Positions 1-12,235 are shown, counted from the stretch's first letter. The stretch is 31,946 nucleotides of DNA from Chiloscyllium plagiosum (GCF_004010195.1 NC_057719.1:4178897-4210842); one strand, 5' to 3'. Made by a program: numbers and translations. The notes: a model not told the origin generated them from the sequence alone.

Positions 1-513
1 AAGGGCAGGTAAGGAATGTGATGGAATACTCCCCATTTGCCTGAATGAGTGCAGTTCCAACAACACTTGAGAAGCTTGACACCATCTAGGACAAGGCAGC
101 CCCCTTGATTGTTTGTGGCTGTGCTGCCATTCATTCACTCCACAACCAATCCTCAGTAGCAGCAGTGTGTACTATATACAAAATGCCCTGCAGAATTTCA
201 CCAAAGATCTTCAGATAGCACCACCACCATCTAGAACAACAAAGGCAGCAGATACAGGAGAACAGCACCACCTGTAAGTTCACCTCCAAGACAATGACCA
301 CCCTCTCTTGAATATATATTGCTGTTCCTTCAGCGTCATTGGGTTGAAAACCTAGAATTCCCTCCCTGATGGCATTTTGTATTTAACTAAAGCACACGGA
401 CTGCAGCAGTTCAAGAAGGCAGCTGACCACTATCCCCTCGAGGCAACTAGTGATAAATAATAAGTGCTGGCCCAGCCAGCAATGTCCATGTCCGATGTGT
501 ATTAAATAAAAAG
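1..513 (+). mobile_element. LINE 3' fragment (APE-RT family A, CR1/L2-like group, clade uncertain)
   Basis: Decayed RT C-terminus (QVRNVMEYSPFA..LEKLDTI) and 3'UTR; similar to 24838-25760. Confidence 0.8.
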
Positions 514-654
514 AATCCTTCTTCCTACCCTGCCATGCCTCCATGAGACTCCAAACCCCCACAAGTGTGGTTGACTCTTAACTGGAATATCTCTGGAAGC
601 CATTTCGTGCTGGATTGAAAAATGTAAAACTGACTCCATGCCCATTTCTGAAGA

Positions 655-1564
655 TGTGGAATTGCTCATGTTGGATTGGTTGAACAAAGTCCAAAATCAC
701 ATGACACCAGGTTATAGTCCAACAAGTTTATTTGATAGCTCTTGGAGCATAGCCTCTTTCAGTTGAAGTGAGAGTGAAGCACACAGAATACAGAATTTAT
801 AGGCAGGGAGATCAAAAGATCATGCAAATGGTGAGAGTAAAGTGTCAACAGCTGAATAACAAGTGAAGGGATAACGTTTATTCCGATTAAATGAGGCTGA
901 GAGATAATTACATAAATTGAGAATAACATGATGCTGGAAACGAGCCAGATGACTGGAATGTGACATGGAACAAAAACAGGAGAAGCCCAGCAGGGGTTGC
1001 TGGGGGTGCTCAGCGGGTCTGGTGATATCTGTGGAAAAAAAAAATCAGTTAACATTTCAGGACCTTTCCTCTGGTTTTTCTTCACAGATGCTGCCGGACC
1101 TCCTGGGCTTTTCCAGCAGCTTCTGATTTTGTTCCATGTTATTCCAGTCTTTGGGTGTGTCTCCAGCACCACCTTCCTTTTTACTTTTTTGTAATTGTCT
1201 CTCTGCCTCATTTAATTGGATTAAAGGTCATCCGTTAGCTTGTTATTCAGCTATTGACACTTCACTTTCACTGTCTAGCACTTTTGGTCCAGAGACTTAT
1301 TATTCGACACTCCATTCACACCAGTTGTATGATTTCTTTTGATCTCTGACCTTGATCTCTCTGCTCATGTATTCTGTATGCTGCTTTCTCACTTCACCTG
1401 ACAAAGGGGCCACACTCCAAAAGCTTGTGATTTCAAATAGACTTGTTGGATTATAGAGTCATGAGATGTACAGCACGGAAACAAATCAACCCATCCATGC
1501 CGACCAGATATCCCAACCCAATCTAGTCCCACCTGCCAGCAACCTGGTGTCATGTAATTTCTGA
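655..1564. mobile_element. Fold-back Penelope-like insertion in a DICER1 intron
   Basis: Arm ~690-1050 is the imperfect reverse complement of ~1068-1564. Flanked by CCAT[T/G]TCTGAAGA at 642-654 and 1565-1577. Decayed hammerhead motif ~1395-1430. Confidence 0.75.
1454..1541 (-). mobile_element. CR1-type 3' tail fragment nested in the right arm of the fold-back
   Basis: Interrupts GGATTATA|ACCTGGTG, which is contiguous in the left arm; resembles the CR1 3' end at ~15760-15842. Confidence 0.7.
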
Positions 1565-1979
1565 CCATGTCTGAAGAACAACAATTGAAATCAGCAGGCA
1601 GGTGTCTTGTTCATGGAAGTGAGTTCTGAAACTGCAGAAGGTCAATTGTATGAGAATAGTTGGAGAGAATTTGGACTCGTGGCTCAAGTCATTGCTAAGT
1701 TACTGAAAGTTTATTACCCCACCGTGTGTTAATGACATTACAGAGAAATATTTGTTGACTTGTGTCTGCAGAAAACCTATTGGACAAATAGCCACTTTTT
1801 AATTGAGGGTGAAGAAGGAAGCACTTAAGATTTTAACTGTCATTGTGTGTGAATTTTAAAATTGGCATTTTAGTTCCAATTTTGTACATCAGGAAAGTAG
1901 CAGGAAACTTTTCCTACAATAGAAATCCAAGCAAGATCCAATGGACTTTTCTCAAACAACTTATGAATGACTATTTTAG

Positions 1980-2303
<324 letters not shown>

Positions 2304-2395
2304 TAACCTGTTAAAGAGAGCTACAACCCCATAAGAGGGTCTGGTTTAAGGGGTACTCGGAACTGCACAAGTTGGAGCAATCACCTCATTCCAGT

Positions 2396-2493
2396 TCTGA
2401 GGAAGGGTCACTCAACCTGGAATGTTAACTCTGATGTCTGTCCACAGATGCTGCCAGACCTGTTGAGCTTTCCCAGCAATTTCTATTTTGGTT
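2396..2493 (+). mobile_element. Short PLE terminal fragment with degenerate hammerhead motif
   Basis: CTGAGGAAGGGTC..ACCTGGAATGTT..CACAGATGCTGCCAGACCTG..CCAGCA. Related copies at ~6180-6262(-), 13667-13757(-), 18222-18318, 19470-19583, 24736-24827, 27385-27497(-). Confidence 0.65.
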
Positions 2494-2700
2494 ACCTCAT
2501 TCCCTACTCTAATACATTATGGAATGTACTTCCACTTTGGGCAATTCTCTGCCACAAATCATTCTTATCTCTCAGTATCTAATTTTATCTCTTTTCTCCT
2601 TTAATTGGTTCTGTGAAGTTGCATATTAAATTCATATGCATATGCTGCCTTGTTGATCAGTAGTTTAATATTAGCTTATAATCTTCATAATGTTTAAAGT

Positions 2701-2978
2701 CCTCATAGCGCCAGAGACCCGGGATCAATTCCCGCCTCAGGCGACTGACTGTGTGGAGTTTGCACGTTCTCCCCATGTCTGCGTGGGTTTCCTCCGGGTG
2801 CTCCGGTTTCCTCCCACAGTCCAAAGATGTGCAGGTCAGGTGAATTGGCCATGCTAAATTGCTCATAGTGTTAGGTGAAGGGGTAAATGTAGGGGTATGG
2901 GTGGGTTTCGCTTCGGTGGATCGGTGTGGACTTGTTGGGCCGAAGGGCCTGTTTCCTCACTAAGTAATCTAATCTAAT
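2701..2978 (+). mobile_element. HE1-like V-SINE, 5'-truncated
   Basis: B-box-like GGGATCAATTCCC, V-domain TGTGTGGAGTTTGCACGTTCTCCCC..GGTTTCCTCCCACAGTCCAAAGA, CR1-like tail with (TAATC)n. Confidence 0.85.
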
Positions 2979-3324
2979 CCTCTCTCAACTTCAATGAAAA
3001 AAGTCCTGCCTTCTCAAGTCTTGCCTTTATAACTAACTGCTCAGCACTATCCACATTACTCAAGGGAATATATTCCCTTTCCAGTTTGCATTGATATAAG
3101 AAAACTTCTCAGCATCCTTCACTGAAGTACTAAAGTAAGAAACATGCAATTAAAGGCAAATGCAGTTGAAGTTGAGGTAGCCCCCAGATTTAACAAAGGC
3201 CTTAAAAGGAGGGTTAAACAAAAAGGTAAAGGTGTGGAGAGGGCAATTTAAGTCTATCTCTTGTTGAATGAGAGGAGAAACTATACACTAGAGACCGAAG
3301 TGAGAGAATCAAATGGTGTAAGTG

Positions 3325-3800
3325 GTCCAGAAGAGGTTCACAAGAATGATATATGGGATGAAGGGCTTATCATATGAGGAGCGGTTGAGGACTCTGGGTC
3401 TGTACTCAGAGTTTAGGAGCATAAGGAGCAATCTGATTGAAACTTAGAAAATACTGAGAAGCCTGGATAGAGTGAGTGTAGAGAAGATGTTTCCACTTGT
3501 AGGAGAGACTAGGATCTGAGGGCCCAGCGTCAGAGTCCCTGTTGGAATTGAGATGATGAGGAATTTCTTCAGTCAAAGGGCAGTAAATCTTTAGAACTCA
3601 TTGCTGCAGAGGGCTGTGTAGGCCAAGTCATTGAATGTATTGACAACAATGATAGGTTCTTGATTAGTATGGGGATCAGGGGTTACAGGAAGAAGGCAGG
3701 TGAAAGGAGTTGAGAAACATATCAGCCATGGTCGAATGGCAGAGCCGACTCGATGGGCCAAATGGTCTAATTCTGCTCTTTTCTCTAATGGTCTTATGGT
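3325..3800 (+). mobile_element. CR1 LINE 3' fragment
   Basis: Decayed QKRFTRMI..GLSYEERLRTLGLYS; 3'UTR similar to 30228-30803. Confidence 0.85.
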
Positions 3801-3982
3801 ACGGTAGTAAAGATTGCAAGAAAATGTTGGAGTGAAACCAGGAGGGAATTTAAAGTGACAGTAGATTGCTAGAAATCCAGACTCCATTAACAGGCATGAT
3901 CACATCCTGTCACAGTGGCTAGGGGAATTCAATCCTAGTCTAATTTCTAATGATCATGAGTTTGTTTTTTTTTTAAAATGAC

Positions 3983-4265
3983 AATCTGGTAATGTGGTTC
4001 ACTAATGTCTTGCAGGTGATGAAATCTGCCAAGTTGACCAGGCCTGGTGTGTTGACAACAGACCCACAGCAATTTATTTCATTCCTGACTGCCCTCTGAA
4101 TGGCTTAGTAAGGCATTTCATTTGTACAAAGTTGCTGCAGGTCTCAGACTGTGTCTGGTTACACCAGATAGCTAGCAACAAATTGAGAATGTGGTTCATT
4201 ACTACTTTCTTCAGGGTAATTAGGGATAGACAATAAATGCTAGGCATACCAACAAACCTCTTCCC
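3983..4265 (+). mobile_element. Degenerate SINE-like element (body plus family A LINE tail)
   Basis: GGTTCACTAATGTC..CAGACCCACAGCAA..CTGCCCTCTGAA body, then AGGGTAATTAGGGATAGACAATAAATGCT tail like the LINE ends at ~440-500 and ~25655-25745. Confidence 0.6.
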
Positions 4266-4395
4266 AAATGCAACTTTCAAAATATATAAAAATGAGGATG
4301 TAGCCTTCAAATGTTGGCCATCCACACTCCAAAGTAGGTCAGTTTGTATTGCATAAAGGCAAAGTGGGATAAGATGTGGGCAACAAGATTTTAGC

Positions 4396-5613
4396 ATGTA
4401 GTTTGCTTGCTGAGCTGGAAGGTTCATTTCCAGACATCTTCAGTGGGCATCCGGGTGAAGCACTGCTGATAATTCCTGCTTTCTATTTATATGTTTGGGT
4501 TTGTCATGTCATTTCCTGCAGTGATGTCATTTCCTGATCGTTTTTCTCAGGGGTGGTGGGTGGGGTCTAACTCAATGTGTTTATCGATAGAGTTCCGGTC
4601 GGAATGCCATCCTTCTAGGAATTCTCGTGCATGTCTCTGTTTGGCTTGTCCTAAGATGGATGTATTGTCCCAGTCGAAGTGGTGTCCTTCCTTATCTGTA
4701 TGTAAGACTACTAGTGAGAGAAGGTCATGTTGTTTTGTGGCTAATTTATGTTCATATATCCTGGTGACTAGTTTTCTACCTGTTTGTCCAATGTAATGTT
4801 TGTTACAGTTCTTGCACAGTATTTTGTAAATGACATTAGTTTTGCTCATTGTCTGCATAGGGTCTTTGGCGTTCATTAGCTGCTGTTTTAGTGTGTTGAT
4901 GGGTTTGTGAGCTACCATGATGCCAAGGGGTCTGAGTATTCTGGTGGTCATTTTTGAGATTTCTTTGATGTAGGGGAGAGTGGCTAGGGTTTCTACATCA
5001 AAAGACATCCCTGAAATGACTGCCAAACTACTCAAACCCCTTGGTATCTTGGTCACCCACAAACCCACCAACACACTAAAACAGCAGCTAATGAACTTCA
5101 AAGACCCTATACAGGCAACAAGCAAAACAAATGTCATTCACAAAATACTGTGCAAGAACTGTAACAAACACTACATTGGACAAACAGGCAGAAAACTAGC
5201 CACAAAACGACATGACCCTCCCTCTCGTATCCATACATACAGATAAGGAAGGACACTGCTTCGACTGGGACAACACATCCATCCAAGGACAAGCCAAACA
5301 GACACGCACAAGAATTCCTGAAAGCATGGCATTCCAACCGGAACTCCATCAACCATCAACAAATACATCGAGTTAGGCCCCATCTACCACCCCCTGAGAA
5401 AAAGAACATGAATTGACATTACAGCAGGAAATGACATCACCAACCCAAACATATAAATGGAAAGCAGGAATTATCAGCAGTGCTTCACCCAGAGGCCCAC
5501 TGAGGATGTTACCTAGTAGGGTGACGAAAAGTCTGGAAATGAACCTTCCAGCTCAGCGAGCAAACTTACATCCAGAACCTCAACCTCGGCTACAAATCTT
5601 CTCCAAACTCGGT
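4396..5613. mobile_element. Penelope element (Penelope/Poseidon-like), inverted 3' halves with GIY-YIG endonuclease remnants
   Basis: NVIYKILCKNCNKHYIGQTGRKL..EH..H on - (ORF 4547-5137) and its copy on + (4980-5246). Arms meet ~4995. Exact TSD AACAAGATTTTAGC at 4382-4395 and 5614-5627; ~40 nt tail only on the right arm. Confidence 0.92.
5497..5536 (+). ncRNA. Minimal hammerhead ribozyme-like motif, near intact
   Basis: CCA CTGAGGA T GTTACC-loop-GGTGAC GAAA AG TC TGG. Core and stems I/II present; the stem III palindrome is broken (AAGT). Confidence 0.55.
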
Positions 5614-5857
5614 AACAAGATTTTAGCTTAACTGGAGTTTATACGGATGGAGCATAGTAAGGCACCTAAAATCATGTCACAACAGTTTGTGGTTGAGACA
5701 AATGTTTGGCATTTTCGGCTTCATGTGACCTGGGGTAGACTCTTAAAGCAATTTGAAGGGAGCACTCTATGATGAATAGCGAATACGTGCAATTTCGAGT
5801 AATTGACTCTATGCCTTATAATTATGAGGAAGTCTAAGCATTTTCAGATATATGGTA

Positions 5858-5970
5858 CATTTCATGACCACTGGAATTTCAAAACATGTTACAGCCAGTA
5901 AAGTGCACTTAAAATGTGATTTCTTGTAATTTAGGAAACTCAGCAGCTAATTTGCAAACAGTAACACTCT
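5858..5970 (-). mobile_element. Old DeuSINE (SacSINE1-like) 3' fragment
   Basis: TTACAGCCAGTAAAGT..TTGTAATTTAGGAAACTCAGCAGCTAATTTGCAAACAG resembles the antisense tail of shark DeuSINEs (recalled). Confidence 0.5.
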
Positions 5971-5984
5971 ATTTATTGGCATTT

Positions 5985-6185
5985 TTACAATTATTCTTTC
6001 ATGGGCTGTGGGCAACAATGGCTAGAGCAGTATTTATTGCCCATTCCTAATTACTCTTGAAGGTGATGGTGAGATGCTATCTTAAACTACTGCAGTCTGT
6101 TGAATAGGTACACCCATAGTGCTAAAGAAGTTGCAGGTTTTTGACCCAGGAACAATGAAGGAAGGACAATGTGGTTCCAGATCAG
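5985..6185 (-). mobile_element. Family A LINE 3'UTR fragment
   Basis: Reverse complement matches ~310-510. Confidence 0.7.
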
Positions 6186-6427
6186 GAATTGCTGGCAAAA
6201 CTCAGCAGGTCTGGCAGCATCTGTCAGGAGAAAACAGTCAGCATTTCAAGTCTGGTGACTCTTGTTTTATGAAAATCTTAGGCTGTATAATTTTGCTATT
6301 CTAACCATTTCCGAATTCATCAATAGTCACTCACTACGTCTCCTGTTCTTGCTGTTTCTTTTTCCAATCTATGCCCTGATTTAACAAGTTCCTCTGAATG
6401 TTTAATGTACTAATTTATTTATTATAA

Positions 6428-6755
<328 letters not shown>

Positions 6756-6843
6756 TAAGGAGTGGACAAAACATCCTTGAGGAATGGGTAAGAAAAGTGG
6801 CTCAAAATATTTAACAGGTACACTAGTGTGTGAAAGAGGGGAT

Positions 6844-6896
6844 CGGGTAGTGTTTCACCTAGATCTCATGTGACCGGGTAGTGTTCCACCCAGATC
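6844..6896. repeat. Two-copy tandem duplication, period 31
   Basis: CGGGTAGTGTTTCACCTAGATC and CGGGTAGTGTTCCACCCAGATC. Confidence 0.8.
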
Positions 6897-7347
6897 GTCA
6901 GTTTTCTGTTTTGAATGTTATGCTTTTTCTTTTCTTGGAGATTCACTTTAGCTCTTTCAAAGATAGTTGAGCTGTGACCAGAGAAGAAATTAAATATGCA
7001 ATGTTTGTGTTGTTGCAATAAGTCCACTCTAAGTTATCAAGAATATCAACATCCAATTTGAACAAGGAGAAACACTTAACAGTGCAAAGTATTCTAAATT
7101 GCTGAGGGGTCTTTCACATAATTTATTAGGGTGTCTAGGTGACTTACCTGCATACCATTCAGACCCTCCTCTCTGTCTATGCAAATTTTTAAAAATGTCT
7201 CTGTCCTTCTCCCTGACTTCTGTATCCACGTGAACCTCTCACTAGTGAATACCAACACACACAATTCATTTGGATCTGTACCTACGTCTTTCTGCTTTCC
7301 TCAGAAGTTACCACAGTGGTCCTTAGTGGGCTGTACTACTTTCCTAG

Positions 7348-7790
7348 TTATCCTTTTGTGAAATAAATTAGGAGCTTCATTTTACCTGCAATTATTCTTT
7401 TGTGTCCCCTTTTTTGTTTTGCCTTGCATAAACTGTATTCCCTTGGGCTTGTTCTATTTTGAGCACTTGGTATCTGCCATAAGCCTCCCTTTTTCTCTTT
7501 ATCCAATTTATCCCTTGATGTCCAGGGTTTACTGAATTTGTTTGTCCTACCCTTTACCTTTATTGGTACATGTTGGCCTTGAACTCTCCATTTCCTACTT
7601 GCATAATTCCACTGCTCTTTTACAACCTGACTCCCAGTCCACTCTAGCCAAATTATATCTGATCTTATTAAAATCAGCCTTCGCCCAGTTGAGAACTTTA
7701 ATTTCAGGCCCATCCTGTTCCTTTTCTGTAACAATCTTGAATCTAATGGAGTTATGATCACTGTCTGCAAAATATTTCACCATACTGCTG
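7348..7790 (-). mobile_element. CR1 ORF2 fragment (endonuclease end/linker)
   Basis: SDHNSIRFKI..VLNWAKADFNKIR..LARVDWE, homologous to ORF 29974-30240. Confidence 0.85.
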
Positions 7791-8380
7791 CTCGCATGAA
7801 TTTCCAGCTTTAGTTCTCTCTCTTCTTTCACCCCCAGTCAACTCCACAGTGTTAGGAGTCAACTTAAGCTCTTCATTACCACTGAGACTATCATTTCCCA
7901 AACCTGTGTCAGCAGTCTAGGCAAGAAGCGCAATTTGTCTGCTGGAACTCTACTGTCCATAAGTCATCCTGAGCAGATAGCTGTTGAATTAGAATGTGTG
8001 TGTCATTGGAAACATATAAAGTACAAGTTATAGCAATACCTTTGTTAAGGACAGTGCACCTGGAAGGAATTTATTTCAACTTTACCTGGTTAACTTGAAG
8101 TTAGGAGAGAGCTAAATTTCAAACCTATAATTTTCTGATCAAGAGGCAAGCCCCAGATGTTGAAGGCAAATTTAATGCATGCTTTCTTCACTTCATCTGT
8201 CAATATTTGTACATATTTATATAGTTATTGATTTTGACAGATAGTAAACAGGATTGTAAAACTTGTAATAATCTTGTTTTGAAGAGTAGGAATGTTTAAC
8301 CATTCTGTAATTGATACATGAATTTTTATTTGGCTGAAATGTCTATGTTTTTTTTAAAATGTCAATTCTGTTGTTTTTGA

Positions 8381-8548
<168 letters not shown>

Positions 8549-9592
8549 GACCCTTTCTCCTAACCTCCAGGCCAACCCAGCCCCTTCATCAGCTCACCTG
8601 AGGTTACACCACACAAGTCTGGGTCAAAAGAGTCATTCTATGAAGGTGTAAAGTGTTTGTACTACAGTAGTATAATTTAGGATTAATCGTAGTTTATAGT
8701 AAGTTCTTGCGCGAACACAATCCTGCCCCCCTCCTCCTTTTGCTAGATTAATCACAAGAGTGCTTTATATTCATTTTGCAACCATTTAACAGTTGTCAGG
8801 TCCCCTATGATGTTTACTTAATTTTTTTTATTAATAGAAGCTTTTGCTTGTTGTTTAGTGAGCCAGGAAGCTTATGCTGGAAAGTGATTAGTTATTAGAT
8901 TGCACATTTTTACTAATCTTGAAATTCTCGACCTGTGCACTAGTGCCAGTCCAGCCACAGTGTGTAAAACTGTTGTGTATGAGCTGGTAAGAGAGAGCGA
9001 GTGAGTGTGCCAGTATTGTCCTGTTTCCTTGTCATCCTTTCACATTTTGAGATGGCATTTCCAATCCTTGTTTTGCACTTAATTTAAATAGGAACAGGTT
9101 CCACTTAAAGCGACTGGCATTTTCAGTAGCATTTGTTCAACATAATGCCACATATTGAGTCTCTTGCATTTAATCAAAAGGGTTTTGCCTTAATTGAACG
9201 TAACCCCACTTGTTTTTTTCCTAAACCTTTTGATACATTTCTATAGCTGATTTTACATTCCCATTTAATACACATTGTATGATAATTAACCACAGCCCTT
9301 GACTGACCTCTTTTGGAGCTGTGGCTGTGTAACTTATTGCAGAGCTAGAGGTAGCTGCACATATATTTTAATACAGATTAAATGGTTCCAGATACTTAGA
9401 GTCAAGGTGTTCAAAATTTTCTTTGATGCAAGAAGCAGCTAAATTTACACTATGTGGTCTTTGGGGAAAGCGTGCATTGTGCTGACAATGTGAGTGCGGT
9501 GCTTCCAAACGCAAGCAACATGAAGTAGATGGTGCAGTACAGAAACTGTCACATTCATGACACAGCAACTTTAGACATATCATTCAAAATAT

Positions 9593-11427
9593 ATGCTGCA
9601 GAATTTTGTAAGAACAGATGAAAGGGTTTTTTAATTAATATGAGCACCTTTCCATTTCTAAGGGGGTGGGGATTAATATACACTTACATGCATATATACA
9701 GCATACAAGACACATGGTACATGCATATACAACACACGCAGACAAAAAAAGACATGAGTACAACACATGCATATGACTATCCTCAACATCTGTCTATAGC
9801 ACCTAACAGTTGACTTTTACACCAAAGCTGTGTTTGTGAAGAAGCGCATTCATGTTCCATTAGTTTCATTTGTTTTTCTCTTCAAAAGCGGCACAAGCAA
9901 GAAAAATGAAATCCTGTGACAAAAGACGATCATGTTTAATCAGTCTTCAGCGTTCAAGCTTTTAAAAAGAGGATGCATCCTATTTGGCTCGGCTCAAAAT
10001 TGTAGTTACATTTTCAGTAGTTACCAGTTAGGCGTTCTTCCCTTTAAATACCTCAGTTCTTAATTGCATGCGTTTTTGATTTCTCGTTTTATTTTGGTGC
10101 TATGTTTTTATATTATGCTTGAAATGTTTAAAAAATAATTGTTTTTGCACTGTAACTATAATACCTCTTTTAATTTACTTTTTTAAAAATTGTTTGAGAA
10201 TTTCATCCCAGTACACTCTAAATAATTCTTTCAAGTTATCTGCAGTTGTCACCACCCGACCACCATGATATGCTTCAGATTTCAAGAGCTAGCCATTTTT
10301 TATTTTTTTTGTTGGTCTCTTGAGTTGGAGATAGAAATTTGAAATACGTATGTTGAGGTGTTCCTTTTTTTTGCATCCCATTCTGTCCCTTTTCCTTTCA
10401 CTTTATTTGAAAAGGTAAAGTCATTTATCCTGTCCACTTAGCAGTTTTAATAAGTGGGTACTTTTTAAAGTAGAAGCTGAAAAATGTGTAAGTGATTTTA
10501 ATACTTCTGTCATATGTGTATTGTCTTACTGATTGGCATAAACTCATTTTAATTCATAACATGATACAGAAGATGGATTTGTATCTGTTTTTATGCTCTG
10601 TTATTACCCTAATTTTGTTAGAAAGATCTTTCATTCTGTGGGCGTAGACCTAGGCGAGCACTCATCTATGTATACATCTATTTTTAATTTACTTGGCAAA
10701 AACTGCTATGTCAAACAGTGTGCCACAAGTTTGGGAGTATTTCCAGTATTAACAGTGCATCACACTTTATTGAAATCAACAGAAGTGTGAGGTTATTTAC
10801 GGCATGTGCATTCATTGTGAAACCATTTCTTTTTTCATTGTAACTGAACAATCTACATTTACTTTAAAGTCCTAATCAATGCTGCAGTTTAATTCCTCCT
10901 TGTCTTTGTCAAGGCACAAAACACAGTTTTTTTTTGTCCCCTTCGCTGTTGTATACATGTAGCACGATTTAAGCATTGCACTTGGCACCATGCTTTACCT
11001 CATTTCAAACGAGAAATGTATATGCTAATATGCTTAACAGAAACAATGATTTTTTTATTTTCGGTTTGGGCCTTGCTGCTGTTATAACTGCTAAGGTATT
11101 TTATGTAAAAGATAATTAACTTGCTATCTATTGTGTGCCTGCAGTCCCTCACTCACTGTACAATACATGACTTTAATGCACTCGAACTTCATAGCATCAG
11201 CGGGTCAGCAGCAGTGGCAGAAACTTATTGTTTTGTTGGTATTTTGTAGCAGAATGATAACTGTGATTTATTAAAGGAAGAAGAGAAAGAATGCGTGTTT
11301 GCGAGGCGTTTGAGTATTTGCAGGCGTTGCTGTACTGTAAATAGTGTGATTTTAAAGCACCTGTAGCAGAATGGGAGTGGATACGAAATGTATTGAAACT
11401 AAATTAAGTGCATCATCATATGCTGCA
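9593..11427 (+). promoter_or_regulatory. Three miR-103/107 8mer sites (ATGCTGCA)
   Basis: Exact matches at 9593-9600, 10879-10886 and 11420-11427. Confidence 0.7.
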
Positions 11428-11559
11428 GCAGTCTTTAAGGGACATGGAATATATCTCATTCATACTGTAAACTCGCTGCAGAGATTTGCATTCTGCACCT
11501 TATGGATCACAATTTTACCTTTTAATAGTTTCTTTTTGTAATTGTAGCTGAATATCTAC

Positions 11560-11565
11560 AATAAA
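11560..11565 (+). terminator. Polyadenylation signal AATAAA
   Basis: TGTA motifs just upstream (TTTTTGTAATTGTAGC) and a GT/T-rich tract downstream (GGTCTGGTTGTTCATTATTTT). Confidence 0.8.
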
Positions 11566-11859
11566 GTATGGTCTGGTTGTTCATTATTTTGAAGCCTGGT
11601 GATTTCAGTGTATGTATCAAAAGTAGCTTTAGAAAGCATTTTTGTGTTTTCAACAACACTATCATCTGTGAGCAGAGAAACCTGGCAGTTAAAGAGCAGA
11701 TGAGTGAAATTTATTTTACTCGGTTACTGGTAGATTACTTGACGAAGTTTACAAAAGATGATCCGATTGGTCAGTGCCATTACTCAAGTTCCACACGTGC
11801 CTCCTCCCACTTCTCCCTGTTCCTCTAACCTCACCATTACTTTCTTTTTCTTCAGTTTC

Positions 11860-12235
11860 TCAAGTACTTATTAGCTTGCCCTTAAATGCATCTATGTCAT
11901 TTGCCACAAGGTTGGGAGTTCATGTTCTCTTAAGATTTTTTTCAAAATTCCCTAGTTAGGTTTTTAATAACTTTTGTTTATGACACCTGGTTTTCTTCTC
12001 TCCCACATATGGAAGCACCTTGTTTAGGCCTGCTTTATCAAACCCCATTTAGTTATTTTAAAGACCTTAATTGGATCATGTCTTTCTGAGAGAAGTAAAC
12101 TAGCCCAACCTCTTCAATATTTTCAGATTAGAATGAATCGGTTTTGGTGGTATTGTTGTAAATCTTTTGTACCTTCATGTTCCTTTCTGTAATATAGAAG
12201 GCCAGGGACTGTGTGTGGAGCTTCAATTTGAGAAG
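11860..12235 (-). mobile_element. Highly decayed CR1 3' fragment
   Basis: Patchy antisense similarity to the CR1 3' ends in this window. Confidence 0.5.

Larger units (their letters stand above)
8549..11585 (+). other. DICER1: DICER1 3'UTR (~3 kb)
   Basis: AT-rich sequence after the stop with no recognisable TEs and many miRNA seed matches. Ends at the first AATAAA I find; TE remnants resume after ~11850. End position approximate. Confidence 0.8.

Noticed and set aside
759..1342. ORFs 759-1211(-), 997-1194, 1136-1342
   Set aside because: Lie within the non-coding fold-back repeat; no domain motifs.
4547..5137. 196-aa GIY-YIG ORF as a domesticated nuclease
   Set aside because: Its N-terminal ~47 aa are antisense read-through from the opposite arm; no promoter or splice evidence; ordinary PLE remnant.
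9377..11275. ATTAAA at 9377 and 11270 as polyA sites
   Set aside because: Expected by chance in AT-rich sequence; cannot be supported without 3'-end data.
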